Shown here: one piece after another, positions 24,603 to 38,600 of the stretch
Layout of the letters: every line of letters begins with the position of its first letter
How positions within the stretch are numbered: the stretch's first letter is position 1
Source of the DNA: Raillietiella orientalis
Lineage: Eukaryota
Assembly: GCA_036172245.1 (NCBI GenBank)
Contig: JAYWIR010000088.1
Coordinates: 62,001 to 126,000 of the forward strand
Length of the DNA stretch: 64,000 nucleotides
Direction of reading: 5' to 3'
The notes under the pieces: model-generated
What the model saw: the letters and a program-made list of their open reading frames with translations, nothing else
What the model was told of the DNA's origin: nothing
The model's database searches: none
Position numbers and translations under genes: made by a program

Positions 24603-26597
24603 TCAGTAGAAAAGAGAGGATTCTAAGGTTTTGCAGTGCCTACTCAGTGTTGGAAACTCTCCATTGTTGGGTCTAGAGAGCAAGCTCAGAGTTGCCACTT
24701 CATCACGATTTCCACCTCTCCTACACACACACAAGTTACAAAATAAATAAAGACACACAATTGGATACTAACAAGCTGCCTCCTGGGTTTTTGGAATTTA
24801 GCATATTAAGTGATCTGTGGCCATTCCAATGAGTATGAGACAAATTATTCTGATAGTTTTGTGCTCCATCTGAATTATGCACTTGCACGTAGAGGTCCGG
24901 ATGGCCTGGATTGTGGATCCAAAGATAAGAACCTAGCCATACCAGTAAAGTGAATAACACTCCTAGTGCCAACATAGATCCCAACATGAAAACTACTCCG
25001 ACCCTAGAAAAAGTATTAGAAATTCAAACTTGGATATGCAAATGCTCACAGGACACTGGAACATGCAGTATTCCTTGCTAGACGGAAATGATGTTGCACG
25101 AAATGACAGTGAAATTCCGAGATAAGACTATGCAGGATGTTGGTAGTTGAATTGACGACAATCCCCAGACGGCCCAAATTCTGATGGATGACATCTTCCC
25201 TTGGGTATCCTGCCTGTGCTAAATTTTCCACAACACGCAGCATACGTTGCACATGTTCCATACTACTGCCAGCCTTATTTACTGCCCCGAAATAAGGGCT
25301 GGCAGTATCAGGGCAATGCATGTAATATAAGGCATGATGCGAAGGAAGCCAAGATTCTAATGCTTGGCTCAAGTATTCATCATTGGATTCACAGAAATCA
25401 CTCAATCCAACAGCTATAGCAAGGCATACGGAGCTCATGGACCAGCCCAACACCAAACCCAGCAATCCTAGTACAGAAAAACTAAAAAACACAAATGGAT
25501 TAGAAAATCAGCCAGCTGAAACAAATACTAACACTATGAGCAGACTACGGGAATGGCGCATTAGTCCAACCAACAGCACTATGCAAAATGAAACAAGTAA
25601 GCACAGTATACCAAGTGTGGTTGGCCATCTGGAAAAAAAAAAAAAAATTACTTGAACATCACTCTCAACTTTTTTACCTGATAGTTTCCCAGTGGTGCAG
25701 CACATTAACAACTTGCACAACATTGATCTTCAGCAAAACCCGTGATAAAAATAAAGTATTTTCTTGTGACAAGGAAACATTCCTATGCATGGCACTGAAC
25801 AATTCAATCAAAGAATCATTTCGAGGGTGTTTTTTAAAATCACCTTCAGCAATATTTAATTGAGGATCAATTCTTTGAATAATGTTTTGTCTAACTGTTT
25901 CAATCTGCAGCACCAGAAGCAAAAAGTAGACACAATAAATTATGGGGAAACCAATCACCTGGTTTTTTAATATGTTCACTTTGGAAGCAATTGTTTGCAG
26001 ATGTTCTTGTACATCCAGCACACCCCCATCTATGACTTCATTTCCATAGAAAGCAATACCTAGGAACATGCTAAATCATTTCCTGATGTTTGTTCTGTGT
26101 GAGCAATTTGACTCACAGGCAACAAATGGTCAAAAATATAAGTCCCCAGCGTGCAATGCGATTACAGGACAGCTGAAACTCTTTACCCCATGAGCACTGT
26201 ATTATCAAATATACCAGGAGACCAATTAAGGTCAAAATGAGGGTAAATGCAGGAAAGGAAGACAAAATGCCCAAACTCTAAAACACAAAATAGTACAAAT
26301 AGTTGACTATGCAAAACTCAAAGTGAGCATGAATAATGCTGATACTTCTCACGGCAAAGCTACAGTATTTACTATATCCACAAAATTTCACTGCTCACAA
26401 ATTTCAACAGTAAGTGACAAATGTTATAATAAAAATTCAATTCTGTGAAATTATCAATGCATACGTACTTCTAAATACGCTTCATTTGAGAGATCAAAAG
26501 TGGAATTCACTGAATAAAAAGATATATTAATTCGTGGCAGTCCATAGAAAAATCTTCTCAACTGGTGAGAAAGCACATCTCCATTGAAGATAAGCAT
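24603..26597 (-). CDS. tty: Tweety family (TTYH) multi-pass membrane protein, multi-exon
   Basis: N-terminal LPRINISFYSVNSTFDLSNEAYLE|SLGIL, GIAFYGNE..DGGV, ETIR|WPTTLGIL...LLVGLMRHSR, AVGLSDFC, YYMHC and HC......ARNTAC, with five hydrophobic segments. The last exon ends in TGA at 24605-24603. Confidence 0.9.
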
Positions 26598-29500
26598 AAT
26601 AGAACTAAAATGGGATATTACTTTAAGCAAATTTAGTAGACTACTTACTTGTATTCACAATATTAAGTATCAACAATTCACATTCTTCAAGAATGTAACT
26701 AATCAATAAAACGCTACATTATATTTTTGCAATCATGATAATCGAGAATTTAAAAGCATTCCTGATAAACGATAACACTGTGACTACAGATTGGCAAATC
26801 TGCTTGCTCACAAAAAATGCCGTAAAAGGGAAACATCAACAATCACATGTGATTTTAATAAGTTAGCAAATCAATTCACTACATCCAATTACCTGATTTT
26901 CAAAGTGTAAACACAACCATAATTTCAACATTACTGGATAGTTCCAAATGCAATATAAAAGTATGTACTATAAACGACGTATCAAAAATTAGTTTGCAAA
27001 ATCAGCACCAACACGGACATTTACTGTATATTTTAAAACCTGATCGTACAATCATCACAACCACAAACATAAAAAAAAGCAGAATTGCATACCATGGTTC
27101 GGAAACGTGAAATATACAACTTGCACTCGTCGGAAAAATAAAGTTCATATATACACTTACAAAATACTACTCCAAACAATGTATCATTATAAAATATAAG
27201 TTCCGAAGCTTATTTAACATGGAAATAAGCATTTTTTTGTGGAAATTGCTTTTTTTTCAATAGGCATACGACTATTAGAATTGCTGTATCTAGAACCAAT
27301 GTAATCACCAAAAGATAATGAATAAAAAGACTGATTCACGTGCAAAATTTTATTCACAGCGATGATGTATTGAAATAAATTATTAGAACATTGCAAGTTC
27401 CGAAATGATTTTGCTGCCTTTCATGCCTACATGTGGGAATTGGAAGATTAGCTGGAAAGTGGTTTTCGAGATTGCCTCTACTGGAGTGAAGATCCAGTTA
27501 CTCTTTTACTAGTACAGAATGCAAACAAAAGTTAGTGTTGTTAAATGAGCAAGAAGAAGAGTATCACAAAATTTCTAAGTGAAGTAGAGGCCGAATTCAT
27601 GCAGATGTTTTATTACTTCACCAGTCCCACTGTGAATTTCCAATGGCTGTATAGACTAAAACAGTGAGAGAGAAAATGCCTGATTGAAAAGAAAACTAGG
27701 TGATAACAATGATTATTGACATTGTACATTTATATTTTACTCCGACTTTACCGGGCAACAAATTGGATACAACTATAGTATGTTTGTCAGCAGATTGATT
27801 GATGATAAATAACCAATTTTTCTCTATTTCTTCAATGAATTTCATATATCAGACATAATACATATCACTAATAAGGCATTATGAATTTTGAATAAAATCG
27901 AAACTTCTTCTCATTACATAAAAAGAATGTTTGTTCTCCGAGCATTCTTCGTTTAAGATTGTAATATACATTCGAACGATGCATTCAAGAATTCATGAAC
28001 TTGCACTTGAAGCACTTGAATTCAAGTTTACTTAGATGTTTTTCCATTTTCTGGATTATTAAGTGTTGAATATTCAGAACATGCATCAAGCACCTAGGTA
28101 TCGAAGTAGCCTAAGTGTATAGACAAAGGTAGCAGTGATCGAAATCAATACTCAGTTATCTGTTATGTGTTTACAATTCTGAACAGAATTCTTCAAGATA
28201 TATCACTGATAATGAGAACATTATTTTCACTTTCTATAATGGGGTTCTAAAAAAAATTCGCTTTCAGAAATAGAAAAGCGTACGGGATATTCAACCAACG
28301 AATTAAAAACAAAGAAAATAGAAAAGAGACTTTTATAACATACATATTGCTGAAAGTATACTTACGATTCTATTTTTCTGCACATTTTGTCCATATTTCA
28401 ATAAATAATATTACACGATGGATGTTGTACTTGACTTCATCTGTGAAGTTTCAGTGATTCTGATGCACGGCATTAATACATTATAAAACAAGATAAACAG
28501 AAGGACGTGGAATGTCCTCAGATATCTTTTCCACAAAACTCTGCATCCTATTATTTAGGAAACATCAAAGAGGCGGGTTTCTAATCATAGAAGTCAAAAT
28601 GCTTAGGATCGCCCCATAAGTTTTGTAGGGATTGTCCTGTGCTTAAAAAATTATCGCTTAGACAATCTTAAGGGTTCTGTAGTAGTAAAATTAGTAGCTT
28701 ACTCTCTAAAACAAGATAACAACACACATTAGTTCTTCAACAAGGGGAACAATTGGAGTCTTAGTGTTGGGATGATTTATGGATGTAAACAGAAAATACG
28801 ATTGTTCTGATATCATTCGTATTTCTTATGCAACTCCTGTTATCGTAAATTTCACTGACTTTATATGCAGAATAAAAGAAGTCTTTTATATTTGTAAAAG
28901 ACAAAAATGTTTGTTAAGTAAATGTTTTACTAATATATATTTTTGCTAATACTGATTAATTCTCATGGTTTTATGGATTAGTTGCAACTCAAGTACTCAG
29001 AATGTAGTATGTATTCTTGTATAGAATGCATATCCGATTGCACTTAATAGGCTGTACATCATAAGGTGAAGTAGGCAACAATTTATGTAACGAACGTAAT
29101 TACCAATTGTACAGAGAAATTTAAGTGAAGTTTCAGTTATGTGAATCAACAAATATTCAAACATATTTACGTATAGTAATCCTATTAATAAAGGCTCAAT
29201 TAAAGGTAATGGAATAGATAACGAACTCGTAATTTAGTGAATTTCATGAAATGCCTTTTTTGTAAACCAGTGAACTTGATTTTTCTTGACATCACGAAAA
29301 TTACGAAATACCTACACGCTAATTAAAATGTATTGGCGCTGAGAAAAGGCTACCTTTTAAGTGATGAGGAAACAAAGGCAAATAAATCTTTTTCCTAAAA
29401 TTGGAGCACTGACGGTGCTCCGATTCCTCCAAAATGAATTCTTTAAGAAAAGAATTCGTTTTTAGAACTCAACACTTTGTGGAAAAAATTCCCCAAAATT

Positions 29501-30672
29501 GATTATCAGTGTCATTAGAAAGTATTGATGAGACCTCAGGTTTTTTTTTTTTTTTTTTTATGCTGTCGAAGATTGTGAAGGAAGGTTCGTTTTCTCCAAT
29601 AGATGGTATATCTCAAGTCCTATCAATTCTATCACACTCAATTTCCAACATACACATCGAAATATGCATTTGGATTTTTTTTTCAATTTTTTGGATTTCT
29701 TTTGACTTTCTTTAGTGGCACATTCACGCAAATATGTAAAATTCCTCAGTAACTTAGAAGGCAATCTGCAATAAATAATAAGCAGCAGCTTCAGATGCAC
29801 TGACGTTCACGTGAAACACCATTTCTCAGCCACTTTATAAACGTTTGTTCAAGTGCACGATAGGAAGCCATAAGTTCATTCTGTATGAAATCCAACGCAT
29901 TCTTCCAGTGTTAATGAGGTCATTTTTTCCTCCAATCTTCGTGCTGTTAATACGCAGAATAAAGATGGCTCTGTAAAAAATAGTATCTTTATTGTTTGTA
30001 TTGTTACCACAAAGATATGCATGAAATTTAGTGATTTGACAGTATGTTTTAAAAGGATAAGGACGCGAAAAAATGATATCTACCCAAGCTTTTTGGTTAC
30101 TGAAGGATACATCAGAAATTGGTTTTCCAAGGTCCTCCATTAACAGTAACCAAAGTATTTCAACTACTCCTTGTCGTAAACCTAAAAACCTTCCGAGTAA
30201 CTCGCAAGGAACACTTTTCTGTTCTTACTGTTTGCTTTAGCAAAGTTGGATTTCGGGTGATAATGCAAACACGAGGTCGGAAGTGGTGTGGTCGAGCGAG
30301 CAGCCGCTAATAGACGACTCCCCACTGGAACATGGAAAAATGGAAGAATGTGTGAATGTAAAAAAAAATGATATCGGAAACACATAGCGAGAGTGGTGAC
30401 GCTCGTTGCAGCTCACAATACGGTTGCTTTTTCAAACCGAATGAATATTAATAGGACAACTTGAAGTTTCACTCCTAAGATAGAGACTAAAACACACACT
30501 AATCTTGACGAAGACAGCTAAAGAAAGAATGACATCAAAGTGAGTTTCAAGTTAAGAAGGTATTTCACTAAATCCAGCGTAGCGGCAGGAATAGAAATGC
30601 CATTTCAACGTCCGAGGTGGGCATTTCCGTCCTTTGCCAATAACCAGGATTTCCGCACGTGTCGGTTAATTT

Positions 30673-30674
<2 letters not shown>

Positions 30675-30750
<76 letters not shown>
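30675..30750. repeat. (AT)n microsatellite, about 38 units
   Basis: Directly visible perfect dinucleotide run. Confidence 0.99.
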
Positions 30751-30753
<3 letters not shown>

Positions 30754-31564
30754 ACTTCCCATAGAATACGAAAAATCACGAGTACGAGGATAATGAAATT
30801 GTATAATATTGTATCCTACAAAAGAAAAATAATAGGTTGAAAAGGCTTTGCTGCAGAGGTTTGCCCTCGACTTTTCGTAGTTTCCTTAACAAAATTCCCA
30901 ATCAACATGCCAAGAGCGATCCGGGTTTTGATTCTGAATTCGTTGGGAGAAATGAGACTACAAATCACGACGGGATGGGGGTGGGGGAAGCGTCATTCAA
31001 ATTATTGAAAAGTATTACTCGGTCACAGTAGTAGTGCTTTTAATCCCAGCGATTTTTTAACAGAGTCGTTTCACATGCAAACTCATCACCCCGGTCGAAT
31101 CCAGTTAGCACACACGCAGAAAATCAGGGATCGGGAGCATTTGTTGGAGGCACAAAAGCAAAATTTCTTTGGAATCAAAAAACAAAGACAAACTCTAACC
31201 TAACGGTATACTGCAAGCCGTTTTTGGCTACTCTGCGGAGGTGAGGGCGTTCCGTGGTTTCGGACTCGCGCGAGCATTGCCAACATCTGCCTCCTTGCCA
31301 AAGTGAAAGTGGAATTTGCCTCGATCAAGCTGAGCAATTTCCTAGCAGATCTTCTCGTGTATTGAGCCTTTCGTTCATGCAACGGTCAGAAACCCGTGAC
31401 CCCATCTTGGCAGAGCAGCAGCCCATCCCGGCCATCCGCGGGAAGGTTCTGGAAGGAAGCAGGAGAGCAGTGAGCCTTGCAGTTCAAAGCTCGTCTCACT
31501 TTAGTGCCTTTTGTTACTCTGAGGTCCACTACGTTCAGATTGAGCACATTTGTTTCTGTAACTG

Positions 31565-32713
31565 ATGGAAGAGGAGATTAAAAGTGCTTTGAAACTGAGT
31601 AGTTTGGCACGCACCGGAGAATCCGGAGGAGGCTGCATTAACACAGGGGAAGTGTTCCTCAGCAATGCTGGCAAGATCTACGTAAAGAAGAATTCTAAAC
31701 CTGATGTAAGATTTGCTAAAGCTAATAGTGACGTGCATGAACGCGAAATGTTTTAGTCAAAACTCATGTTCTCTGGTGAATATGCAAGCTTGGAAAAAAT
31801 CTTGCATACAAATTCCGTTAAGGTGCCGAAACCTCTTGCTGTTCTGGATAATCCCATGGGAGGTGCATGTTTGATTCTGGAATATTTGGAGTTTAGCTCG
31901 TTGAACAAGCATGGTAGAATTCTTGGAGAAAAATTAGCAAAGTAAGTAATTGCTCAATTTTTCCAAAAAAATTAGAAAGTAAGACTTCATATGCATAATA
32001 TCACACAAAAACAAGTTGCACTGCGTAAAGAAAGTAATATCGGAACGAACGTAGAATTCATAGACGAGTTTGGCTTTGAGGTGCCTACCTGTTGTGGATA
32101 CCTGCCACAAGATAATACCTGGTCCAAAGATTGGGTAGTAAGTGTTTCATTTTTCCACTGATTGCTATGCATGGCTTATAGTCTTTTTTCTCTGTGCAAA
32201 GGCTAGAAAAACAAGTTAGCATGATAGAGAGCCAGGTAATCCAATCTCAAGTGATGTGTATTAAATGTAGTGCTAGTATGGAGATCGTGAACTCTCAAGG
32301 CTGTGGTCAGAATTGAAATTGAAAATTCCATCTTTTTTCAAAGACCTACCAATTCATCCATCACTGTTACATGGTGATTTATGGAGTGGAAATGCTGCTG
32401 AAACTAGGGATGAGCCTGTTATTTTCGATCCAGCATCTTTCTATGGTCATCATGAATATGAGTTTGGTATCATAAAGATGTTTGGTGGATTCCCAAAATC
32501 ATTTTTTGAAGCCTATCATGAAACTATTCCAAAAGCACCAGGTTTTGCTCAAAGGAACAAATTATACATGCTATTTCATAACTTAAATCATTGGTATTCT
32601 GAAATCATTGGTGTGTTGCTTGATTTTTTGATACATGCAAGTTTTCCAGGAACCATTTTGGAGGAGGTTATCGAAACTCCAGCATTAGCATCATGAAAAC
32701 CTTATTAAACTAG
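31565..32713 (+). CDS. FN3KRP: Fructosamine-3-kinase / ketosamine-3-kinase (FN3K/FN3KRP family), 6 exons
   Basis: Motifs [73 protein letters not shown] and [19 protein letters not shown]. Introns at 31706-31756, 31942-31983, 32138-32181, 32236-32276 and 32594-32649. Confidence 0.95.
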
Positions 32714-33360
32714 CCAAGAGCAAGTTTGCAAGTATTTTGGTAATGGAAAATTGGTATGCAATTTGTGTGCTACACTTTTGTTTCACCCTTGGAAACAAGC
32801 TCCTTTGTGATTTTTTTTTTGCACCTTGCTTTGTATGAATGTTCATGGGGTTAGGCTGTTTGAAATATATGAGTACCATGCAGTATTTGCTGAGAGGTAA
32901 GCTTTGTGAAAGATTATATTTTTCCAAACAAATATGCACTTCCAGAGAGGAGCAAGAAAATATGAACTTTCATCAAATGAATCGCCACTTTTGGAATTTT
33001 TATTCAGAATAACACTGATGCGTTGGTTGCCATGTGCAATTCTCTTTTTGGATAAAATTTAAGAGTTGTATGAAATTTCTCACGGATGAGCTTTCATCTG
33101 TTGAAAAGTGATTAATGTATGTGTGTTTGGATTTTGAAAAAAAAAGAAAAATGCAAATTCCATGCAAACGTTCGAAATAAGACCAGTGTGCCGCAAATGG
33201 TCTGCTTTATTTTTAACTCACGTCCCCTGGGAATTTACGAAATTGTTTCACATTTTGTTCGCTTGCACTGTGCACACGTTTTAACCATTACCGAATTTGC
33301 AAATCCCTGGCTCAACAAGTACTTACACGAGCCCTCCGCACCCTGTTTTCGTGCATCTGT

Positions 33361-33459
33361 TGACCAGAGAGGAATGCACGTTGTTATCCCTGATGACCAG
33401 AGAGGAATGCACGTTGTTATCCCTGATGACCAGAGAGGAATGCACGTTGTTATCCCTGA
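33361..33459. repeat. Perfect tandem repeat, 3 x 33 bp (TGACCAGAGAGGAATGCACGTTGTTATCCCTGA)
   Basis: Three identical head-to-tail copies with no spacers. Confidence 0.97.
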
Positions 33460-34429
33460 AGTTCAAATTCGCTGTTTCGGTGCCATCCCAAAGGGAGAGA
33501 AAGGGGTTTTCGTCAGCATCACTCCAATTGCTACCAGTGCCCAAACATACGATTGTAACTACTGAAGTGTAGCTGAATAAAATTATTGAAAATGGGGAAT
33601 TGCACCCTATTCTTTCGATTGTTGCTGTTTTTTCCTCTTTGACAGCGGAGAATCAAAATATTCCATTGCAAAGTTGTCTTTTAAGGTTCAGTCCACTTAT
33701 CAGAGCGAGTCGAATTTACAGCTTTTCACCTTATAATGAAAAAGGTCCACTTGTCACTCACTCGTTTTATATTAGTGCCTCGCCATGTATACACATTCTG
33801 TACTACGTGGAATGAGAAAAACTCAATTCATAGAAACAGTTTGCAAAATCTAAACCTAATTTTTGCTGTTTTTCAAATTCTAAAGCTGATGTGCCATTCT
33901 AAGCAATGATAGAAGACATATCAGTTTTCGAAACTAGAAGTGCGCGATATTTAAGTCAAGTGGTAAATTTTGTACAGCTTTGATAGCTAACTATGTCGAA
34001 ATTATCTGCTGTAACACCTGATGCATATTATGTTGTATTAACTAACTTGTTTCAAACACAGAAACACATATATTCTTGGTTAGAAGTAGAAGTATTTGCT
34101 AATTCGAATTAGTAAATCCCACGACTCACAAAGTATCATTTTATATTCCAGTCGATGTGTCATTTTTAACATTCTTATCGCATTGTCTTTTTCTATACGC
34201 TAAAAACACCTGCTTTCAATTTCCAAGTTGCTGCAAGCTCTTCCTAAGTCACATGATGATGCAATTAAAACAAAAAGAAAACCCAAAATCCCACTGGATT
34301 TCGAGTTTTGACGACATAAAAACTCATGAACGATCCAATTCATTGGCTGCATTTTGATACTGTTTCTTAAAGCAGCACCCGAACAGAGAAAGAGAATTCG
34401 GTTCCTTGCTTCCCTACAGTCACCTTGTG

Positions 34430-34493
34430 CTTTCCTTGGAATGCCCTTCTGATTATTCTTTCCTTGGAATGCCCTTCTGATTATTCTTTCCTT
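34430..34493. repeat. Tandem repeat, about 2.3 x 28 bp (CTTTCCTTGGAATGCCCTTCTGATTATT)
   Basis: Directly visible duplication. Confidence 0.95.
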
Positions 34494-35646
34494 TTATGAA
34501 TAATCCAAGTATGCTATTCCAAATCCACAAACACAATAATCTTCTTGTCATATAGTATACACTCGAATTCCATTGTTTTTTAGACCTCAATTTCAGTTAG
34601 TAGTGTATAAAAATGCCTTCAAACTGAAGGTCTACGATCGTGCTTTCAATCTGTAAATGAAATTCAAGTTGATAATAGGTTTTAGACTGGAAACGATAGT
34701 TCAGCATTTCCATTTTTAAAAAACTGGAATTTCAGTATTTCAATGCAGTACTTTGGGGCACTCAATTATTTTCATTTTTATTCGTGAGTTAATACCGTTT
34801 GAATACATTAGACTCAAATTCTGAAATTTTCTATGCTGAATTTCGCTGAAATTTCCAAATCCTCCTGGCCTGGGTGCGTTGCGAATTAATCTGTACAGCA
34901 GTTTTATGCAGCATTCCATGTCTCAATGCTGCGCAGTGTCTAGTGATTTCCAGTTCTCAGGAATAGAGTGCTTTCAGACGCTGCTGTGTTATTTCAAGTT
35001 CTATTGCTGCGTTTCTGGCATGCCTGAAAGGTTTCCATGGTTCTCAGCTTCATAATGCGATCCTCCTATCGTGTCGGATGGGGTTGTCACTCGAGCAGGG
35101 ATCTACCGACGACCTTTGGCGGCAGTGGAGTTTTAGGCCGTACCTGCCCGATTCCATTCTAGCATGTGGGTGAAACTCGTCCATGCATACTTGATAAACG
35201 TATACCAGCGTAACATTTAACGCGATTTACAGACGTTTCGAGAATTTGGGTGACTGTTTTATAGAGTGTTTGCTGGACTTGGATTCCAAATTTTAAGTAT
35301 TGCCAGAGGGTTTGCAAAATGATCAAAATTCGTTATCGAAACAAGTGGATACCCAAAAATATCGTGTTCTCTAGTCCACCAGGGGATGCCACCGATCTTA
35401 GTATCTAACGTGGCCATTTTCGTTTTCATTTAAGGAAATAAATTCGTCCAAGTCCATTTTTTATCTTTGAAAGTAAGCCTTGAGAGCTCGAGAAACAGCC
35501 TTACGATGAGGTAAACTGTTGTTTTTCAGTGGACTGTTGTGCACAGGATATGGATGTTTCATGTTTTGTGCCTAGATGACTTTCCCTTCGTAAATGACAA
35601 ATTCTTGAATTTTATTCTTAGCGTAAGATAGAGTGGCGCTGTGCTC

Positions 35647-38600
35647 ATGGAGAGAAGTAAAATTACTAGTGCAAAAAAACAGTTCTCTCGTGTGAAAAAT
35701 ACCCCCATCCCAGTAGATTTTATTGCATTGGGCAAATCTGGACGAGCAGATTCGGATGTGAAATCAAGTAGCTCTAGTCAGCCTTCCAAAAATAGCCTTA
35801 CTTCAGGTAAGTTATTTCTTGAATTTCTCATTTAACAGCATACAATAGACCATGAATCCAGTTACCGTTTTTGGTCATTCATAGCTAAGGTTATTCACAA
35901 ACACTTGGTTTCGATTCCACTAGAGCAAAGTCACAAATCATATTCGGACCACATTTTGGATTCATATGAAAATCCAATTTAGCCAGGGGCAGACAAAAAC
36001 CATTTTCTCTTATCTTTGGAATTAAATGCACACAAACTGCCCTGCTGATCTTTTTGAGTACGCTTAATTATATGGCAGATAATTAAATTTTCTTGTGCAG
36101 AGTGAGAATCTATAGCATTGAGGTTTTACTATGATTTTTTGATTGTAAATTAAGAATCTGAAATTTAAAATCAATAACATATGTTGATGTATGCAAAATC
36201 TGATAAGAGAAATCATGTGAATCACATTGAATTTTCTGTTTTAGAGCGCAAAAGAGAATTAAAAAGTTTAACTAATAACATAGCAGCAAAAAAGTCAAAA
36301 TTGTGCTCCAATTACCCCCTAACTGTTACAAAAGCAAATGACGATTACAAAGGAGAAGTCTGGGAAACATTGGCAGTGGAAATTGAAACAAAAGAATTTG
36401 TACAGTATTTATTTGATGAAAATGATTTCGCTGATGAAGGCAAACTGGAAAGATTTTTATGTGGTATAATCAAGCAACTGAAACTTCAGCATGTTAAATT
36501 AGATTCACTTCTTTATTTAAGCTTAATATATTTAGTGAAAACACAGCCTAAACGTTTACTGACAGATGCATTGTTGCAAGGTTTCTGCTCCTTGCTGAAA
36601 AAAGATTCGAGTCCCAAGAATAAAATTCCATTAAGTGTGCCCGTTTTGGCTGCGAATCTCCTTATGTTCTTACATAAGGAAGTACAGTCATGGCCCGAAG
36701 ATTTCATAAGGTTATATGCTGATGACTCTATTGGTGATCGTGTTTGGGTGGATTCAGAAGAATGCAAATGTTTTGTTGACAATGTTGTTACAGCCTTCAA
36801 CACAAAGTTCCCATCCAGGTCCTTATTGCAGTCTGAAATGTTTTCTTTGCCCAAAGCCGAAGGTTGTGATCCCATTCTTAACCAAAATTGCCCCAATGAT
36901 TTTAGTGTTGCAGACGAAAATAGTGCTGTTGTATTACCAAGATATGTAAATATGCAAGATACTATTCAGTCTAATCTTGCAGATATGATTCGGGAACATC
37001 TGGCAAAGCGTCAACCCCTTGATAATGTGAATCGAAACTTTTTAAAGTTTCTCATTTATTCTTGTGGTTTGTCAGAAATCAGATTGTTAGCCATTCAGAA
37101 ACTCGATGTATGGTTGCAAAACCCAAAATTAAACCGGTTAGCACATGATTTATTGCTGTTTGTATGCTTGAATTGCACAACACATTCCTTGATTGATGTG
37201 GAAATAATTTCTTGCATAACAAAAATTAGATTAAAAACGAAAACAGCTATAAATCATTTTCTTATATGCCTGAATGAGTTACTTAATGCACATCCTGATA
37301 ACTTAAGAACTGTGCTGAAAATTGCAGTATTTAATGAATTATCAAGCAATAGGAACCCAAATAATATGACTATAATATCAACAGTATTGCAAGCATCTTC
37401 TTCTGAAGCCGCAAATATTCTTGGACAAATATATATAGAACTATTACTGAATAAAGAAGATTACCTGAGAGCTCTTAGGTTATTGCTTAGAGAGATTGTA
37501 AAGATTTCACGTCATGATTTTCCTGTCAAATTATTTTGCCTGCAGTTGTTACAGGAGCCTGAAGAAAATTTGTTAGAAGGCTGTGATTATAAGGAACGAA
37601 TATTCTTGTCAATTGCAGATATTGTCACTCTTGGAATGTTGCTTGCAGTATCACCAGCCATTAAAGAAGTGTCACTAGCTTTGTCACGGGGGGATAAAAA
37701 AGATATTGAAATATTGCGAGAGTTTCAAATGCTGATTGCTACTATTCAAAGGGATGTTATTTGGTGGTTTCATACTATTGCAGTAAAGTTATATAAGCCC
37801 ACAATGAAAGAGTTTGCACATTGTATTCATAAAATTTTATTTATGGAACAAACTGAACATTATTATCTTAAGGATAATTGGCCACCTGAATCAGAACGAC
37901 ATTTGTTGCTGCATTTGGTGAGTGAAGTGCCTGTTCTGCAAGATACACTACTTCGTATAATGGTAATTGGTCTGTCGAAAGAACACCCATTGAATGCACC
38001 TGATGCTTTGGAATTGGGTGATCAACTTATCAAAAGAGCAGCGTCAATTTATTCCGAAGATTTTGCTGTTTTAGAAATGGACAAAATGCAATTGATTGAT
38101 GTTATATTCAATCTGACAATTTATCATCATCCAGAAAATATTGCTCTTCCTCCAGGTTATGTTCCTCCAAAGCTTGCAATAACAAATTTATACTGGAAAG
38201 CTTGGATTATGTTGCTCATCATAACTGCTCATAATCCAACAGTATTTGGTGCCATAGCATGGGAAGGGTATCCAACATTGAGGGCTTTGATGGAGATGTG
38301 TATAACAAATCATTTTGTCTTTCCTCCTCCTTCATATGCAGCTGGAGAAAAAGCAGAGGAACTTTGCCAGAAGGAAAGTCAGTTAAGTAATCTCGAAAAA
38401 AATCAGATATTAGAGTTTGAAACTTATTTGGCTGCTGCATCTACCAAAATTACAATAACTGAAAGTAATAGTTTACTCTTGTCTCAGTTAACAAGCATGG
38501 ATTTTGCAAGCATTGCCAGGAAACCATCACTGACTGTTTTGGAACAAGTCAAAGTATTAAACTCCAATCTAAAGCTTGGAACCTTGTTGTGTAAAAGCAG

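Noticed and set aside
33361..33459. 33-bp repeats resembling a CRISPR array
   Set aside because: The copies are directly adjacent with no spacers, there are no cas genes, and the context is eukaryotic. It is a simple minisatellite.
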